Source: Octopus sinensis
Lineage: Eukaryota
NCBI RefSeq assembly: GCF_006345805.1
Contig: NC_042998.1
Span: 78,244,001-78,308,000, forward strand
DNA length: 64,000 nucleotides
Direction of reading: 5' to 3'
Of this stretch, positions 48,360 to 62,180 are shown piece after piece (positions within the stretch are counted from its first letter, which is position 1; every line of letters starts with the position of its first letter). Below the pieces are notes generated by a model, which was not told where the DNA came from, did no database searches, and was given only the letters and a program-made list of their open reading frames with translations. A program made the translations under genes and the position numbers.

Positions 48360-48540
48360 TAGATCGTTAGCCACTACACACATTTTTTTCTCACCTTGTT
48401 TTTTCAGTATCCTTTTCTGTAGAAGAGCGTAGGCTCGAAACATAAAAGACTTTTTCTATTCCTGAGCGTTATACTAACACATCTGTTTGTTTTGTACACC
48501 ACCTGTCTTCATCTTTTGTTTTTTTTTCGTAAACCCTCCC
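48360..48540 (+). mobile_element. solo PLE pseudo-LTR-like fragment with decayed/variant hammerhead (48412-48448)
   Basis: CTTTT-CTGTAGA-A-GAGC-GTAG-GCTC-GAAA-CA-TA-AAAG. Confidence 0.5.
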
Positions 48541-49166
48541 TATATATATATATATACATGTATGTATGTATGTATAAACGACAGTCTTCTTTCAGTTTCC
48601 GTTTGCCAAATCCGAAGCCACAGTAGAAGACACTTGCTCATATAATATATACTTAGACTTCCATTTTTATCCGCCTCCACAGTGGAAACTAAACAAATAT
48701 ATATTTCGTTATTCTCTTCGCAAACAGAAAACTATGAAGAGAAATTCATGGCAATTGCTATTTGAATCATCTATTAGCATCTAAATGAAATGGATAATCT
48801 AATTGCTAAATTATGCTTTACCAAGCTGCGGATTAATCACAAATTTAATTTTTTTTTTTATGTACAAATGCTAAGATATATTTAATGTAGTTAAAGCTTC
48901 ACTACAGCTTGTGTCACATGCGCTGCACAAAGTAAACGACTGTTACAGAGAAGAAGAAGCAAGGTCTTTGATATCCAACTGCACTTATTGCACGTTTTCT
49001 CTGAAATTATTTATTACGAATGTTTCGGTTACACTGTTGCTCAAGTTTATTGAACTATTTATTTGTGTGCGTGCGTAGAAATATAATTAAACAATTACTT
49101 ATGCATTTATATTTATGGAGAAAGACAGACAGATACAAACACACAGACACACTCACACACATACAC

Positions 49167-49236
<70 letters not shown>

Positions 49237-49317
49237 GGATGGATGGATGGATGGATGGATGGATGGATGGGTGGGTGGGTTGGTGGGTAGGTGGCTGGCT
49301 GGCTGGATGGATGGATG

Positions 49318-49363
<46 letters not shown>

Positions 49364-49714
49364 ATAATATTAGCATCAGCTATGGGGATAAACTATTGAA
49401 AGAGCGTCAAGTTATGAATTCCAAGGACATTATTACAAAAGTTATTAAAGTTTGTTGGTTAGTATTTAAGTATTTAGTAACAAGGATATACCAGGGGTGG
49501 GAATATTTTCGAAAAATAGATTCGAGACTACTGAAGTTATAGTTGTGAAATACTGACAGAACTGATGGTGCAATTAAAGTTAAAACAGATGTAGATAGAT
49601 TACTAATAATTTCGAAGTCGAGCAAATGGTATTTTGATTAATCTCTCAGTACGCTTTATAAAAGTAAATCAACGGCACTGTTGTAAAGGTTTTTAAGTAT
49701 AAAGCCTATGGGTT

Positions 49715-50015
49715 TTTTTGTTCCTTCTCGAGCCACGCCTGGCTCATTAGGGCCGGTTTCCCGGTTTCCTTGGCGTATAGATTCCCTACGTGGACGGGAC
49801 GCTGGTCCATCGCAGGTGAGCTGCAATATAAAAGAGAAAAGAGTGAGAAAAAGTTGTGGCGAAAGAGTCAGCAGAAGCTCGCCATTACCTTCTGCCGGAG
49901 ACACGTGGAGCTCAGGTGTTTCGCTCATAAATACACACATCGCCCGGTCTGAGATTCGAACCCGCGATCGCTCGACCGCGAGTCCGCTGCTCTAACTGCT
50001 AGGACATGTGCCTCC
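49715..50015 (-). mobile_element. tRNA-derived SINE (family C-like head, RTE-like tail)
   Basis: Minus head GAGGCACATGTCCTAGCAGTTAGAGC..GGTTCGAATCTC, TTTATGAGCGAAAACACC core, GGAAACCGGGAAACCGGCCCTAATGAGCC tail. Confidence 0.7.
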
Positions 50016-50506
50016 ACAAAGCCTAGGGTAGATAATGTAAGTTAACTACGGATTCTTAATACCAAAGGATTATAAAGGTATTTAATTACGCACTCATACA
50101 CGTGTGTCTGTGTATACAATTAAATGTGTGTGTGTGTGTGCGCGCGCGTGCACCCGTGTATATAAGGAGAAATTATGATAACCAGACTTTCAGCTTTCTG
50201 AAGCATAACGCAATAAGTGTTTCCTGGTGAACCTTTGTAGCCAATGCATGGTTCTAAACAACCACAATGGTGACAGAAACGTTAGAACAAATGATATAAA
50301 CTCGTGTTTATCGTAATTTCTCCAACATTTGTTCTTTATATCTTAACTAATAATACTAATAATTATAGTATAGCTACATGGCTACTGGAAGCAGACGGGA
50401 TGACAGTAATTAAAATAGAGCTCTACACTCAAAGATAGCAGTCATATATTTACCTGTACACATATGATGTATTATACTCCCACGTGTGTTTGTGTGTGTG
50501 TATGTG

Positions 50507-50538
<32 letters not shown>

Positions 50539-51090
50539 AGCAAAAGTTACTAAGTTATAGACTTAGGAATTTCTACATCATCAGCAGCTGTAATCATCTT
50601 GTTTAATAAATTATAATAAGTCGGCAATGTAAAACTAACAAACTCTATTAGAGTAATACGGATTGAAATGTATTGTAAGGAAACAGTATATCTAATTATT
50701 CAACTTAAACGAACAGCTGCACAACGGAAAATATGTAAAGAATAATTCTCAATCATACTTAGTAAAATAAATCCTATAAAGACCAACAACACAAGTTAAA
50801 TGTATTAGTAATAGATAAACGAGAGAATTCTCTATTACTGTACAATTATAAAATGATATTAAGTCGTTTGCAAAGAATAATATTATTGATTCTTTTTGTA
50901 ATAAATAATTTCTTTATTTTAGATGGCTTTTTATATGTCATTTCATCATGTTCATTGTAATGTAATTACTAGAGTTATTAATTTAATTTAATAAATTTTG
51001 AGACATGCAAATCTGTTCGAGACTCAAATTTTACCCTGTGTATTCTCCCACCCAGATTTTAAAATATTGTATGATATAGTATGTTTCAGT

Positions 51091-51518
51091 ATACTCTTTA
51101 CTCTTTTACTCTTTTACTTGTTTCAGTCATTTGACTGTGGCCATGCTGGAGCACCGCCTTTAATCGAGCAACTCGACCCCGGGACTTATTCTTTTGTAAG
51201 CCCAGTACTTATTCTATCGGTCTCTTTTGCCGAACCGCTAAGTAACGGGGACATAAACACACCAGCATCGGTTGTCAAGCAATGCTAGGGGGACAAACAC
51301 AGACACACATACACACACACGCGTATATATATATATATATACATACATATATACGACGGGCTTCTTTCAGTTTCCGTCTACCAAATCCACTCACAAGGCT
51401 TTGGTCGGCCCGAGGCTATAGTAGAAGACACTTGCCCAAGGTGCCACGCAGTGGGACTGAACCCGGAACCATGTGGTCGGTAAACAAGCTACTTACCACA
51501 AAGCCACTCCTATGCCTA
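51091..51518 (-). mobile_element. family A SINE, well preserved
   Basis: Nearly colinear with 582-980. Confidence 0.9.
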
Positions 51519-52184
51519 TATGTATGCCCAATTTTTTTTTTGCCTTTCTTAATTTTTATGTGGGAGCAAAAAGCTATGCAGAAAAAGCATAGTCTGATAT
51601 TGGCTTGAATCAACTAGACGGAAATAATAAAACAAAACAAAAAAAAAATACGAAATGTGTAAAGAAGGAAAACAAAGGAGTGAGTAAGCAGAATGAAATG
51701 GCGTGCCACGTAAATGCTAAAACAAGCAAAGAAAGAATATGAATTAAGAAGATAACGTAAGCATGAAATAATGATGACGGATTGAAGCCACAAAAATTAC
51801 CATGTCAGAATAAAATGTAAGCAAAAACAAAGGGTGATGACGAATACAGATGGGATAAAGTAACAAAAAATATTCCACTGGCTGAATTCCTAGAGATGAA
51901 AATAATAGATTTAAACATAGGCATGAAACCAGACAGCTTGAGTGAAAGAATATTCAAACAAAATCAAACTTGACTGATTTTTAGTTTAATCGATCTTGTC
52001 AGGATGAATCGATTTCGACAGAGTTTGATCTCGGAATATTAAATGGCTTACCTCACTCCTGATGATTTCACTCGGTGTACTATTGATTGTTTCACTCACG
52101 ACTCTGAAAGGAAGTTTTTCTCCTCGGACATAACCTCTTTTAGTGTTTATTAATATGATTCTGTATTTCAATTCATGATCTCGT

Positions 52185-52595
52185 GTATTCTTTTATTCTT
52201 TTACTTGTTTCAGTCATTTGAGTGCGGCCATGCTGGAGCACCGGCTTAAAGTGTTTTAGCCGAACAAATCAACGGCAGGACTTATTCTCTGTAAGCCTAG
52301 TACTTATTCTATAAGTCTCCTTCGCCGAACTGCTAGATTACGGGGACGTTAGCACACCAACACCAGTTTTCAAGCGATTGTAAGGGGACAAACACAGACA
52401 CAAAGATAAACACACATAAATGTATACATATGTGTATATATTCTTTCAGTTTCCGTCTACCAAATCCACGCACAAGGCTTTGGTCGGCCCGAGGCTATTG
52501 TAGAAAACACTTACCTAAGATGCCACACAGTGGGACTGAACCCTCGACTATGTGGCTGAGAAGCAAGTTTCTTACTATACAGCCACGCCTGTGCC
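52185..52595 (-). mobile_element. family A SINE
   Basis: Tail, body and head colinear with the 51091 copy. Confidence 0.85.
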
Positions 52596-52968
52596 TTCAA
52601 ACAGCCACGCTTGCACCGGTGTATATACATATATATATATATATAGAAAGGGAGAGAGAGAGAGAGAGAGAGAGAGGGGGGAGAGAGAGAGAGGGAGAGA
52701 GAGAGAGAATTAAGCCCGAAATCAGCCAAACGAGCGGTCCGTACTGAAGAGGCTACAGATATAGCTGAACTGAACGTTCAGTACAGAGAATTCTCGATCG
52801 GTATTCGGGGCGGTTGCAGTCCCTGTGACCATATATGTATGCAATTATGTACTTTTCCTACAGCATTAGGGCATTCTAGCTCTTATTTCTAGCAATGTAG
52901 ATTTCCTGACACACTTATTTGCACTTAGCGACAATTATATTTTTCCTTTATGGTAACACATTGCGCTT

Positions 52969-52999
<31 letters not shown>

Positions 53000-53186
53000 C
53001 GAAAGGGTGCTGAACAGAACCTGAGTTTGGGAAAAGAAAATACTGGAGGATCAGTTAATTATGATTTTATTGAACATAATCTTTCAGATTCACACACTTA
53101 TTGTAGCAGTCTTTCAGTTTTTCTAAGCCCTGTAAAAGAACTGAGAAGTTTGGGCTATATCCTTAAAACTTTTCAGCACCTCCTTG
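53000..53186. mobile_element. mariner-derived MITE, second copy
   Basis: TA|CGAAAGGGTGCTGAA..TTTTCAGCACCTCCTTG|TA; internal GGAGGATCAGTTAATTATGATTTTATT and TTCTAAGCCCTGTAAAAGAAC shared with 204-405. Confidence 0.75.
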
Positions 53187-53196
53187 TATACATATC

Positions 53197-53560
<364 letters not shown>

Positions 53561-54244
53561 AAAGACAATGAGAGAGAGAGGGAATAAAGAGGATATACTT
53601 TGAGTATTCCTAGTAATATGTGCGGCAATATCACCGTTGTTTTCGAACATGTAAATACAAATCTACAACTGGTGTATATAGACTTTGCAAATATTTAATT
53701 TGTAAATTTCTGATTTAAACTAATTGGAAAATGCTTATGAAATTAATATAAGTAAAAAGAAAATCAATTATTCACAGTCTAATTTTTTTTTTTAGTTCAA
53801 TGACTAGTGTCAGCTTATGTGAAAAAATTAAATTAGTTTTATTTTAAATATTATAAAAAGGATGTGTGTTTCGATTGTTCTTTCTATCGACCGTGCGCGA
53901 CCCTACAGCGATTGAATGCCTTCTCAATCTATCTCCGCACTTGCATTCGAATTTATATTCATTATCAACTGTTTTTTCATCTTCAAAAGTATATTTTATA
54001 TACAGTATCGAATTCTTTGAAAATTCTTTGATCTGGACTCAGTTTCATCAAATGCATGATCTTCTTCATTCAGGTTTACACCTGGAAGATAAGTATTGTT
54101 TTAAAAACTAGCGTCGTAGATGCTAGATATTTTCAGGCGCATCTTCAGACTGAAATCGAAATTAATAGCGTAGTAAAGGATTATATTTTTATCTAGACAG
54201 ATCTCATACTTCACATCGTTAATATTTCAAATGCCTTCTTTATG

Positions 54245-54436
54245 TTAAAACATTTTCCGAACGTCCAAAGATAATAACATTTTACCCTGTTGTTTTCGGA
54301 AGTCCAGAGAAGCCTTTTGTGTAAGGTCTGGTCCATCAGAAATAACAGAGATGTCGTATTTGGTGGTAACCTTAACAATTTGATAAAAGTAGTCTAGTAC
54401 AGTTTGGTGACCCAAAGCATTTTCCAAAATATGCAA
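54245..54436 (-). pseudogene. Ty3/gypsy integrase core fragment
   Basis: VISDGPDLTQKASLDFRKQQG resembles IVSDNGPQFTS.EF..F....G. Confidence 0.45.
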
Positions 54437-55311
54437 AGAAATCTAAAATCTAAATTTATACTTTTATAAAATATTTCAGACACAAAATAAGAACATTTTT
54501 TGAACTAATCTTCAAATAAACATTTGTTTAATTTTCATTAAACTTTTAAGAAATACTTTCAGAATACTTGGATGTTCTGATTGATAGATTAATATGGGTT
54601 TTATTTTTAAACCCCTAGCTGTAATTTCATGCAATAAAAACAGACGATCATTAACCCCTCTCAAACCAGACGACAAATTTTATTTTTTTGCTAAATATGA
54701 TTTATTGCCATTTCTTTCAACAACATTTATAATTTATTCATTAAGTTATCTAATATTATTCAATACTGTTTTTCAATTCAGCTAGTTACCTAGCTGCTTC
54801 CCATCGCCTGCACTTTCACTTTCCTCTACAACCTAAACGTTAAAAATTATAAATCATTTTTTGTTGTCAATTCAATAATTACATACATTTCCAGCAATTG
54901 CTATGTAATTTCATGATTTTAAGAGGCTGTTATAACTGATTAATCAATGTTACCCAAACAGCACAACATGAAACTATTTTTGACATCGAACTATAAGTCA
55001 CTTTTAATAGATCCAGCCATGTATAAGCTTGTAAAACGCGTGTAACAACACTAGCATAAAAATGATATTACAGGCCGGCTGGGAATACAGATAACGTGTA
55101 CAAGAGGTTGACTAGTTACGTCTAGAATTCTATAAGTATAAAATTATTCCGCCCACGAAAGATAAATCGCGCCTGTCATTTTATTCTCTGTAGCTTTCGA
55201 ATTTCGTTGCAAATCTACAACTCCTCCGTGGTATTGTTGTACTACTCATTAAACTGTTGAGAGCATTAACATGATTTACTTGTGTTAGTAGTATAAGTGA
55301 TGAAAATAAGA

Positions 55312-55890
55312 TATTGGTTTCAAATTTTGGCACAAGGCCAGCGATTTCGGGTGATGGGGACGGGTAAGTCGATTACATCGACCACAGTTTTTAACTTGTA
55401 CCTATCCAAAAGGGTGAAAGGCAAAGTCAACTTCGGTTAAATTTGAACTCAGAACGTAATGACGGACAGTATGCTGCTAACCATTTTGCACGGCATGCTA
55501 ACAATTCTGCCAGCTCGCCATCTTAGGTGAAAAATAAAATACTTCTTTGTACGATAGGCACAAGGCCTGGAATTTGGGGGATTGGAGATAGTCGATTACA
55601 TCAATATCAGGGCTCAGGTGGTACTTATTTCATTACCCCGAAAGGGTTGGAAGGCAAAGGCAACCTCGGCAGAATTTGAACTCAGAGTGTCGGCGTGTTA
55701 ACGATTCTGCCAGTTCGCCGTCTTCGAAGAAAATACAATATTGATTTCAAATTTTAGGAAAAGGCCATCACTTTCGGACGGGGTTGGGGGTAATTCGATT
55801 GCGGCAACTCCAGTACTCAACTGGTACTTATTGCATCGATCCCGAAAGGATGGAAGGCAAAGTCGACCTCGGCAGAAATTGAACTCAGAT
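55312..55890 (-). mobile_element. three tandem family B2 SINEs
   Basis: Units ~55312-55525, ~55545-55725 and ~55740-55890 in the same orientation. Confidence 0.75.
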
Positions 55891-56219
55891 GAAAATAAAA
55901 TAGCGGCAATTTTTGATTGAGAAGTCAGAAATGGTGACTTGATAGGACACTACAGCTGATGATCACAGCTGATTAACTGGCAGATCTTTACAAGAGCTGG
56001 ATGAGCTGGTAATATAAACCCATTGATACGACTGCCATGGTCAGCAGACGTTCGTAGAGGAAACTATTCAGGAGATACTTGTCCAGTTGACGGAAATTGA
56101 AAGTTGAGGGTTTTTCATATTTATATGTAATCAAGGATCTATTTCTGCTACGACATTATCAGTTTATGTGTATCTGCGGAAATTTTCATTGCGTTTGCGT
56201 TATGGGTATTACTGCTATT

Positions 56220-56400
56220 ATTGAGTGTCTTCCAAATAGATAACTTGCATATACCAGATGCACAGCAATGGTTGTGAAAAAAACCTTTTACCAATAGGCA
56301 TTGATATTTCCAATTGATGAAATATAACCTTTTAATGCCGATCTCGTTGCTTGTGCGGATCTTTCTGTTGCACCTTTGAATTGTGAATTGTATGTTGGCC
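56220..56400 (-). pseudogene. Ty3/gypsy integrase fragment
   Basis: PTYNSQFKGATERSAQATRSAL..YLFGR resembles P.YHPQSNG.AER.V.T.K.AL..LLFGR. Confidence 0.5.
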
Positions 56401-57074
56401 TTTCAATTTTCATGCAACTAAGTCAGTATAACCATCCGTTAATTCAATGAATTATTCTTCAATATCTTATAAAACATATTTCTTTAACAGTCGTAGAAAC
56501 ACTAACTCTAAAGAATAAGAAATATAGATGTGTTTTTCATGTTTTCTGGGTCTTACTAGAACATAAAATATTTTCAATCCATGTTGTGGCTAAGTCGACT
56601 CTAATCAACAAACTCCCGACATTTTGTACATATCCTCAGTTTTCATATTTCCCGGGCTGTGATTCGTGCCACATGTCAGTATAACAGATACAATTAAATC
56701 TATCTGTATCTAGGCAAGCAGACACAAACTTTTGCTTTCTGCATGAGTGTGTGTCATGAATTACAGAATGTTTTCACATTTTCATAAGATTGGGCGAATA
56801 AGCAGGCTGTTCTTATGAAAGGTATTTTCTCAATTTTGTTCAAATGAATTTCTAAACTGAGTATTAGAATAATTTCTGAAAATTGCAGTTCTACAAGAGT
56901 TAGTCTAACAAAATCCAACAATTTAAGCTTAAATGCTTTTTAATCACTTCAAACTTTCAGCATTTTATGAGTTAATTCATCATTACCTAGATTAGATCGT
57001 AATGCATTTATAAAAAATATGATCAGTCAACTAAGACTATCAACATAACAGATGATTTTACCAGACATTGCTTT

Positions 57075-57480
57075 ATTATTTTACTTGTTTCAGTCATTTG
57101 ACTACGATCATGCTGGAACACCGTCTTTAAGGGTTTTTGTTAGTCGAACAAATCGAACCCAGGACTTATCCTTTGTAAGCCTAGTACTTATTTTATCAGT
57201 CCCGCTTGCTGCACTGCTAAGTTACGGAGATGTAAACACACCAAGACAGGTTGTCAAGCGGTGATGGGGAGGGGACAAACACAGACACAAAGACACACAC
57301 ACATATACATATAGATATACGCGACAGTTTCGTTCAGTTTTTGCCTACCAAATCCACTCACAAGTCTTTGGTCGGTCCGATGCTATAGTAGAAGACACTT
57401 GTCCAAGGTGCCATGAAGTGGGACTGAATCCCGGAAACATTTGGTTGAGAAGCAAGCTTCTTACCACACAGCCACGCCTA
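57075..57480 (-). mobile_element. family A SINE
   Basis: Colinear with other family A copies. Confidence 0.85.
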
Positions 57481-57649
57481 TTAATGCTTCTGAAATGACA
57501 TTGTGATAATATGAGAATCCACCTGGCAATTTTATAAGCTCATCTACAAATATTAAGATTCTCCGAAAAAATTAATTATGGTGAACAATATTTCGACTCT
57601 AATGTGAAAAAAATTCCCTTATTATAAAATTACTACATCTTAAAAAATC

Positions 57650-57955
57650 ACCGTGATCACCGTGACCGACCAGGCTATCAGATGTTGCTACATATCGCTG
57701 GTCACAATGCGCTTCGCATTGTTTTAGCCTTCAAATGACGCCATCCCGCTGGCTAAGCGAGCAGGCCAACAGAAGAAAAAGTGAGAGAAAGTTGTAGCGA
57801 AAGAGCACAGCAGGGATCGCCACCAACCCTTGCCGGAACCTCGTGGAGCTTTATATGTTTTCGCTCAATAAACACTCACGACGCCCGGTCTGGGTATCGA
57901 AACCACGATCCAACAACCGCGAGTCCGCTACCCTAACCACTTGGGCCATTGGACC
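57650..57955 (-). mobile_element. family C SINE
   Basis: Colinear with 30714-30981. Confidence 0.85.
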
Positions 57956-58099
57956 TCCACAAATCTTAGAAAATAGTACCGTATATATTTTTTTAGTACT
58001 ATCAAGTGCATGGCTAACATATACAACGGGCTTACCAGTTTCAGACATCATTCTTGAAGCTGCAATCTTTTCTGAATTGAAAGAGAATGTACCCACAAT

Positions 58100-58500
58100 A
58101 GGCTATTGAGTAGGAAGTTGGGGGTTTTTTGCCTCCTTAAAAGATTGTTCTTGAATGCGTTCTCCGATTTAAATGATTTTCTTTTTCTCTCCTGCAGGAA
58201 GAGATTCAACTTGTTCTGTAAATTTTGGTTTTGGAACTCTAATCTTGTTTATTAGAATATGTGATGATTTAATTTTATCCTTTGAAATATTCGTTCCTAG
58301 AAAATCTATGGAAGATGCATTATTAATGCATTTATTTGGATTAGTCGATAGATTGGCACCTTTCGTTGTATTAAATATACTCATTTCTCAATCCTTCTAT
58401 AATTTATTCTGAATCTTTACAAAGCTGGTAACGTTATCCTGATATATAATTAGAGCATTGATCCAACAGACCACTTGCAATCTTGGAATATGGAGCTATA
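58100..58500 (-). pseudogene. Ty3/gypsy RT fragment
   Basis: YQDNV (decayed YxDD), then NPNKC..SIDFLG..IS..IK..PK..QVES. Confidence 0.5.
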
Positions 58501-59829
58501 TTTCAGACCATCTGAATACTGTTAAGTGAGGATCATTGTTTTCGTAAATTACATACAATCTCATCGAAACCAATCTGCTAGCATGCACTCTTTAAAATCA
58601 GCCCAGATTTTAAAAAAATCTTCGCTCCTTGCATGTTAGTAAACATAGTATCGACATCACGAATTGTATGAAGGCAAAGTTTGTAGATATTCATAATTTA
58701 CTACCCTTGTTTTGATCTCAAACAAATCGCACTGCATCGTTGCCATAATGCGGAGATGAAATTATAATTCCCATTACCTCAAGATTATGCACCAATTAAT
58801 CCAATGTATGAAAGCCACGACAAAGCTAACGTATTGTTTTTCTCTAGAGACAAGTAAAGATGTTGTGATACCAATTACTTTTTAATTTTGGAGCATTATA
58901 AGAAGTAGGTTTGACGACTGATGGAAATTTGATGATTAAAAGAAGCCAGAATTATAAGGTTACATCGTTAGACATTTGAACTGGAAGCCAATTCGATTTA
59001 CGATAAACTTAATTTAAATTAATTTTTATATCACCGTTATGGACAGGCTTGCCAAAATACCGTTGTTTTTGGCCAACACAATTTTCTTCAGCGTCGCAAA
59101 GTAGCACAATTACGGCATTTCCCCGCTTATACAGAACAAGCCCTAGAAGGATGTGAATATCCACAAAATTTGAAATCTTTAATGTGATTGCGCCCAGTTA
59201 CTGGATGTTTCCTAGACTTTCCTTGACGAGGGCCCTTGCCAGACACATATTTTTGCAATAGAAATTAACAGTATTACTTACCCCCAAATTAACAGTATTA
59301 CTTGCTCTCTGTATCAGGTGGAATCTTTGGGTGGAATTCTTAAACAATCGAGAATATTTATTCACTGGACACAATTCAGTATTAATAGAAAGTATTTTTA
59401 CGAACTTTGCTTCTTGACTATATCTGATTGCAGGGAACTTATATAAACATGCTCATTCGGTCTTCTAATTGGTCGACTTTTGTTTCTCTGTTTCTTTGAT
59501 TCAAGTTCATCAATTTTGATCAGTCTGAGATTCCCCTTTATATTTAGTTATTTTTTTTCTGCAGCACACCAATTTACAAATAAAAAATGTTGAATTGTTG
59601 TAGGATAATGGACATTTTCCACTTAATTGATTACAACGACGCCACATAATGCAAGAAAATTAGTTAACCTGTTCATGTTTACTATCATCTAGAAGCAATT
59701 TTGCGTTAAACTATATTAGCAATACCTTTGTTTCTTTACCATTGTCAAAATGCGAATGTTCATTAGACCCTATCTTAGAGTTATTAGCTGATCAGTAGAA
59801 TTGTAAATATTTATCGTCAGTTTTTTTTT

Positions 59830-60063
59830 AGGTGGGGGTTCTTGCTTCAGTCATTAGACAGCAGCCATGACGAATTTTTAGACTGCAGCCGTGACGAATT
59901 TTTTGTCGAATGAATCGACCCCAGTACTTGTTTTAAGTCTGGTACTTATTGTATCGGTCACTTGTGCCGAACCGCTAGGTTACGGGGACATAAACACACT
60001 AGCATCGGTTGTCGAGCGGTGGAGGGGGACAAAGACAGACACAAACATGCACACACATACATT

Positions 60064-60106
<43 letters not shown>

Positions 60107-60270
60107 GGTAGTGGTACAACAATGCACCAATATATATATACGACAGGCTTCTTTCAGTTTCTGGCTGTCAAATCCACTCACAATGCCTTGGTGGGCCCAA
60201 GATACCCCACAGTGGGACTGAAACCTGAATCAAGGGACTGGGAAGCAAGCTTTTTACCACACAGTCACAG
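59830..60270 (-). mobile_element. family A SINE, diverged
   Basis: GCCGAACCGCTAGG body, CAAATCCACTCAC..GTGGGACTGAA head. Confidence 0.7.
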
Positions 60271-60397
60271 TTTACAATAATCTCTTATGTTCCCATCAGT
60301 ATATGAGTGAGTTCAAAACTTGGGGCTGATGAAGATTGCCGTAAGCAAACACGTCAAGAAACTGTCTTTGATATTCAACTGACGGTCACCTAAAGTA

Positions 60398-61485
60398 TCA
60401 AGTCATCCCATAAGTTCTGTTCGATTTTACCTTTTTTTAAATTGAATGAAATTTAATAGTATTTTAGAATGTTTAATGGAATTTACAATTATTTTTATGC
60501 ATTTGTGTATATTTAAACTAATTAAATATCATTTTACAGAATAATAGAATTAAAATTTCTTTGATTAAAACCCTTTCTAATATGGAAGTATCCATAGAGC
60601 ATTTGAGGCACATAATACTTTATGAGTACAAAAAATGAAACTCTGCAGCCGAAGCGACTCGAAACATACACTCAGTTTATGGGAAAGAATGCTTTAATGA
60701 AAGAACTTGCAGAAGACGGTTTGCAAAATTGGTACCTCGTGAATTGTCCGAAAGCAACCGCACCTCCCGAGTTGACATCTGCTCTTCTCTCCATTCTCGC
60801 GAACTCATTTCACCTTTTTTGGATAGACTTGTGACAGGTGACGAAAAATGGATCTTCTATCGAAATGTTAAACGTCGTAAACAGTGGCTTGGTAAAATGG
60901 AAAAAGCTCAACCACAACCGAGAAGGGATCTTCATGGCAAAAAAGGTTCTCCTCTCTATCTGGTGGAATTGCAAAGGAGTAATTCACTTTGAATTGTTAC
61001 CACCTAATGCAACAATCAATGCTCAAGTCTCCTGTCAGCAATTAGAGCGTTTGAACCAAGCTTTGAAGAAAAAAAGAACCGCTTTAGTGACTTGAAAAGG
61101 AGTGAGGTTTCATCAGGACAATGCGCGACCCCACACAGCAAACATCACATCACAGAAAATCGAAGAGCTTGGTTGGGAAATACCTCATCCACCTGATTCT
61201 CCCGACCTTTCTCCTTCAGATTACTATTTGTTTCGTAGTTTACAGAACCATGTGGGGTACATAACTTTCGCAATCTAGGAGGAGGTCGAAAGTGACATTT
61301 CAAAGATCTTCGCTTTGAAACCAAAAGAGTTTTACATTGATGGAATTAAAAAGCTTGTAAATAGATGGAAGGAAGTCATAGATAATAAGAGAAAGTAGAT
61401 TGGTGATTAAATTTCAATTAAATATAACATTTGATCACTTGTTCTCTTTATTCAAGATTCGGTCAGAACTTATGGGATGACCTGA
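60398..61485 (+). mobile_element. mariner (DD34D-type) transposon with internal deletion, inactive
   Basis: ~28-bp TIRs TCAAGTCATCCCATAAGTTCTG / CAGAACTTATGGGATGACCTGA with TA TSD; LVPREL (WVPxxL), GDEKWIFY, HQDNARPH, SPDLSPSDY; 1088 bp; second HTH region missing. Confidence 0.92.
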
Positions 61486-62099
61486 TAGTTTCGACCAGAT
61501 GCAAGCACAAAAAACACGTGCTATAACAGCATAAACTGAGACCAAAATCTAATGAGCACAATATGTACATACATTGAACATTGACACATCAGAAGAAAAC
61601 TGAACAAAAATCATCTATTTAAAGCAAAAACAAAATCTCATTCATTTGCAATATGAGTATGCATTTAGTTCATTCATGTGAAAAACTAGTCAAACGGAAT
61701 ACAGATTTTATATGCGTTACGGCGTTAAGGCATCCTCAACTTACAAATGATGCTTGGCAGATATGTTTCTTTATTAGCCACACAGGGTTGCTGATGCTTG
61801 GAAGATAAGTATTCAAACTGCATACACTATCTCTTGCTTGAAAACACGCATACACACACGAATACGAATACACGTACACTAATACACGCGCGCACATGAA
61901 CAAATGCACACACACACACAAGTGAGGTGTCTCAAAAAGCTGGAATCGAAAGAAAAAGTCTGATACCAAAAGTCTGCAGCATTTGAAATTCTGATGAATT
62001 GCTTTCAGATTTTAGTAGGAAAACAGTTAAGCGTCATTCAATTAGGTTTCGTTTCCAAACATACGTACATACATACATCATATATACACATTTAGCATC

Positions 62100-62120
62100 A
62101 ACAACAACAACAACAACAAC

Positions 62121-62158
<38 letters not shown>

Positions 62159-62180
62159 TAATAATAATAATAATAATGTT
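62100..62180. repeat. (AAC)n(AAT)n microsatellite
   Basis: Direct reading. Confidence 0.95.

Noticed and set aside
54125-54155. Minus-strand CTGAAGA..GAAA spacing resembling a hammerhead
   Set aside because: Stems I, II and III do not pair adequately
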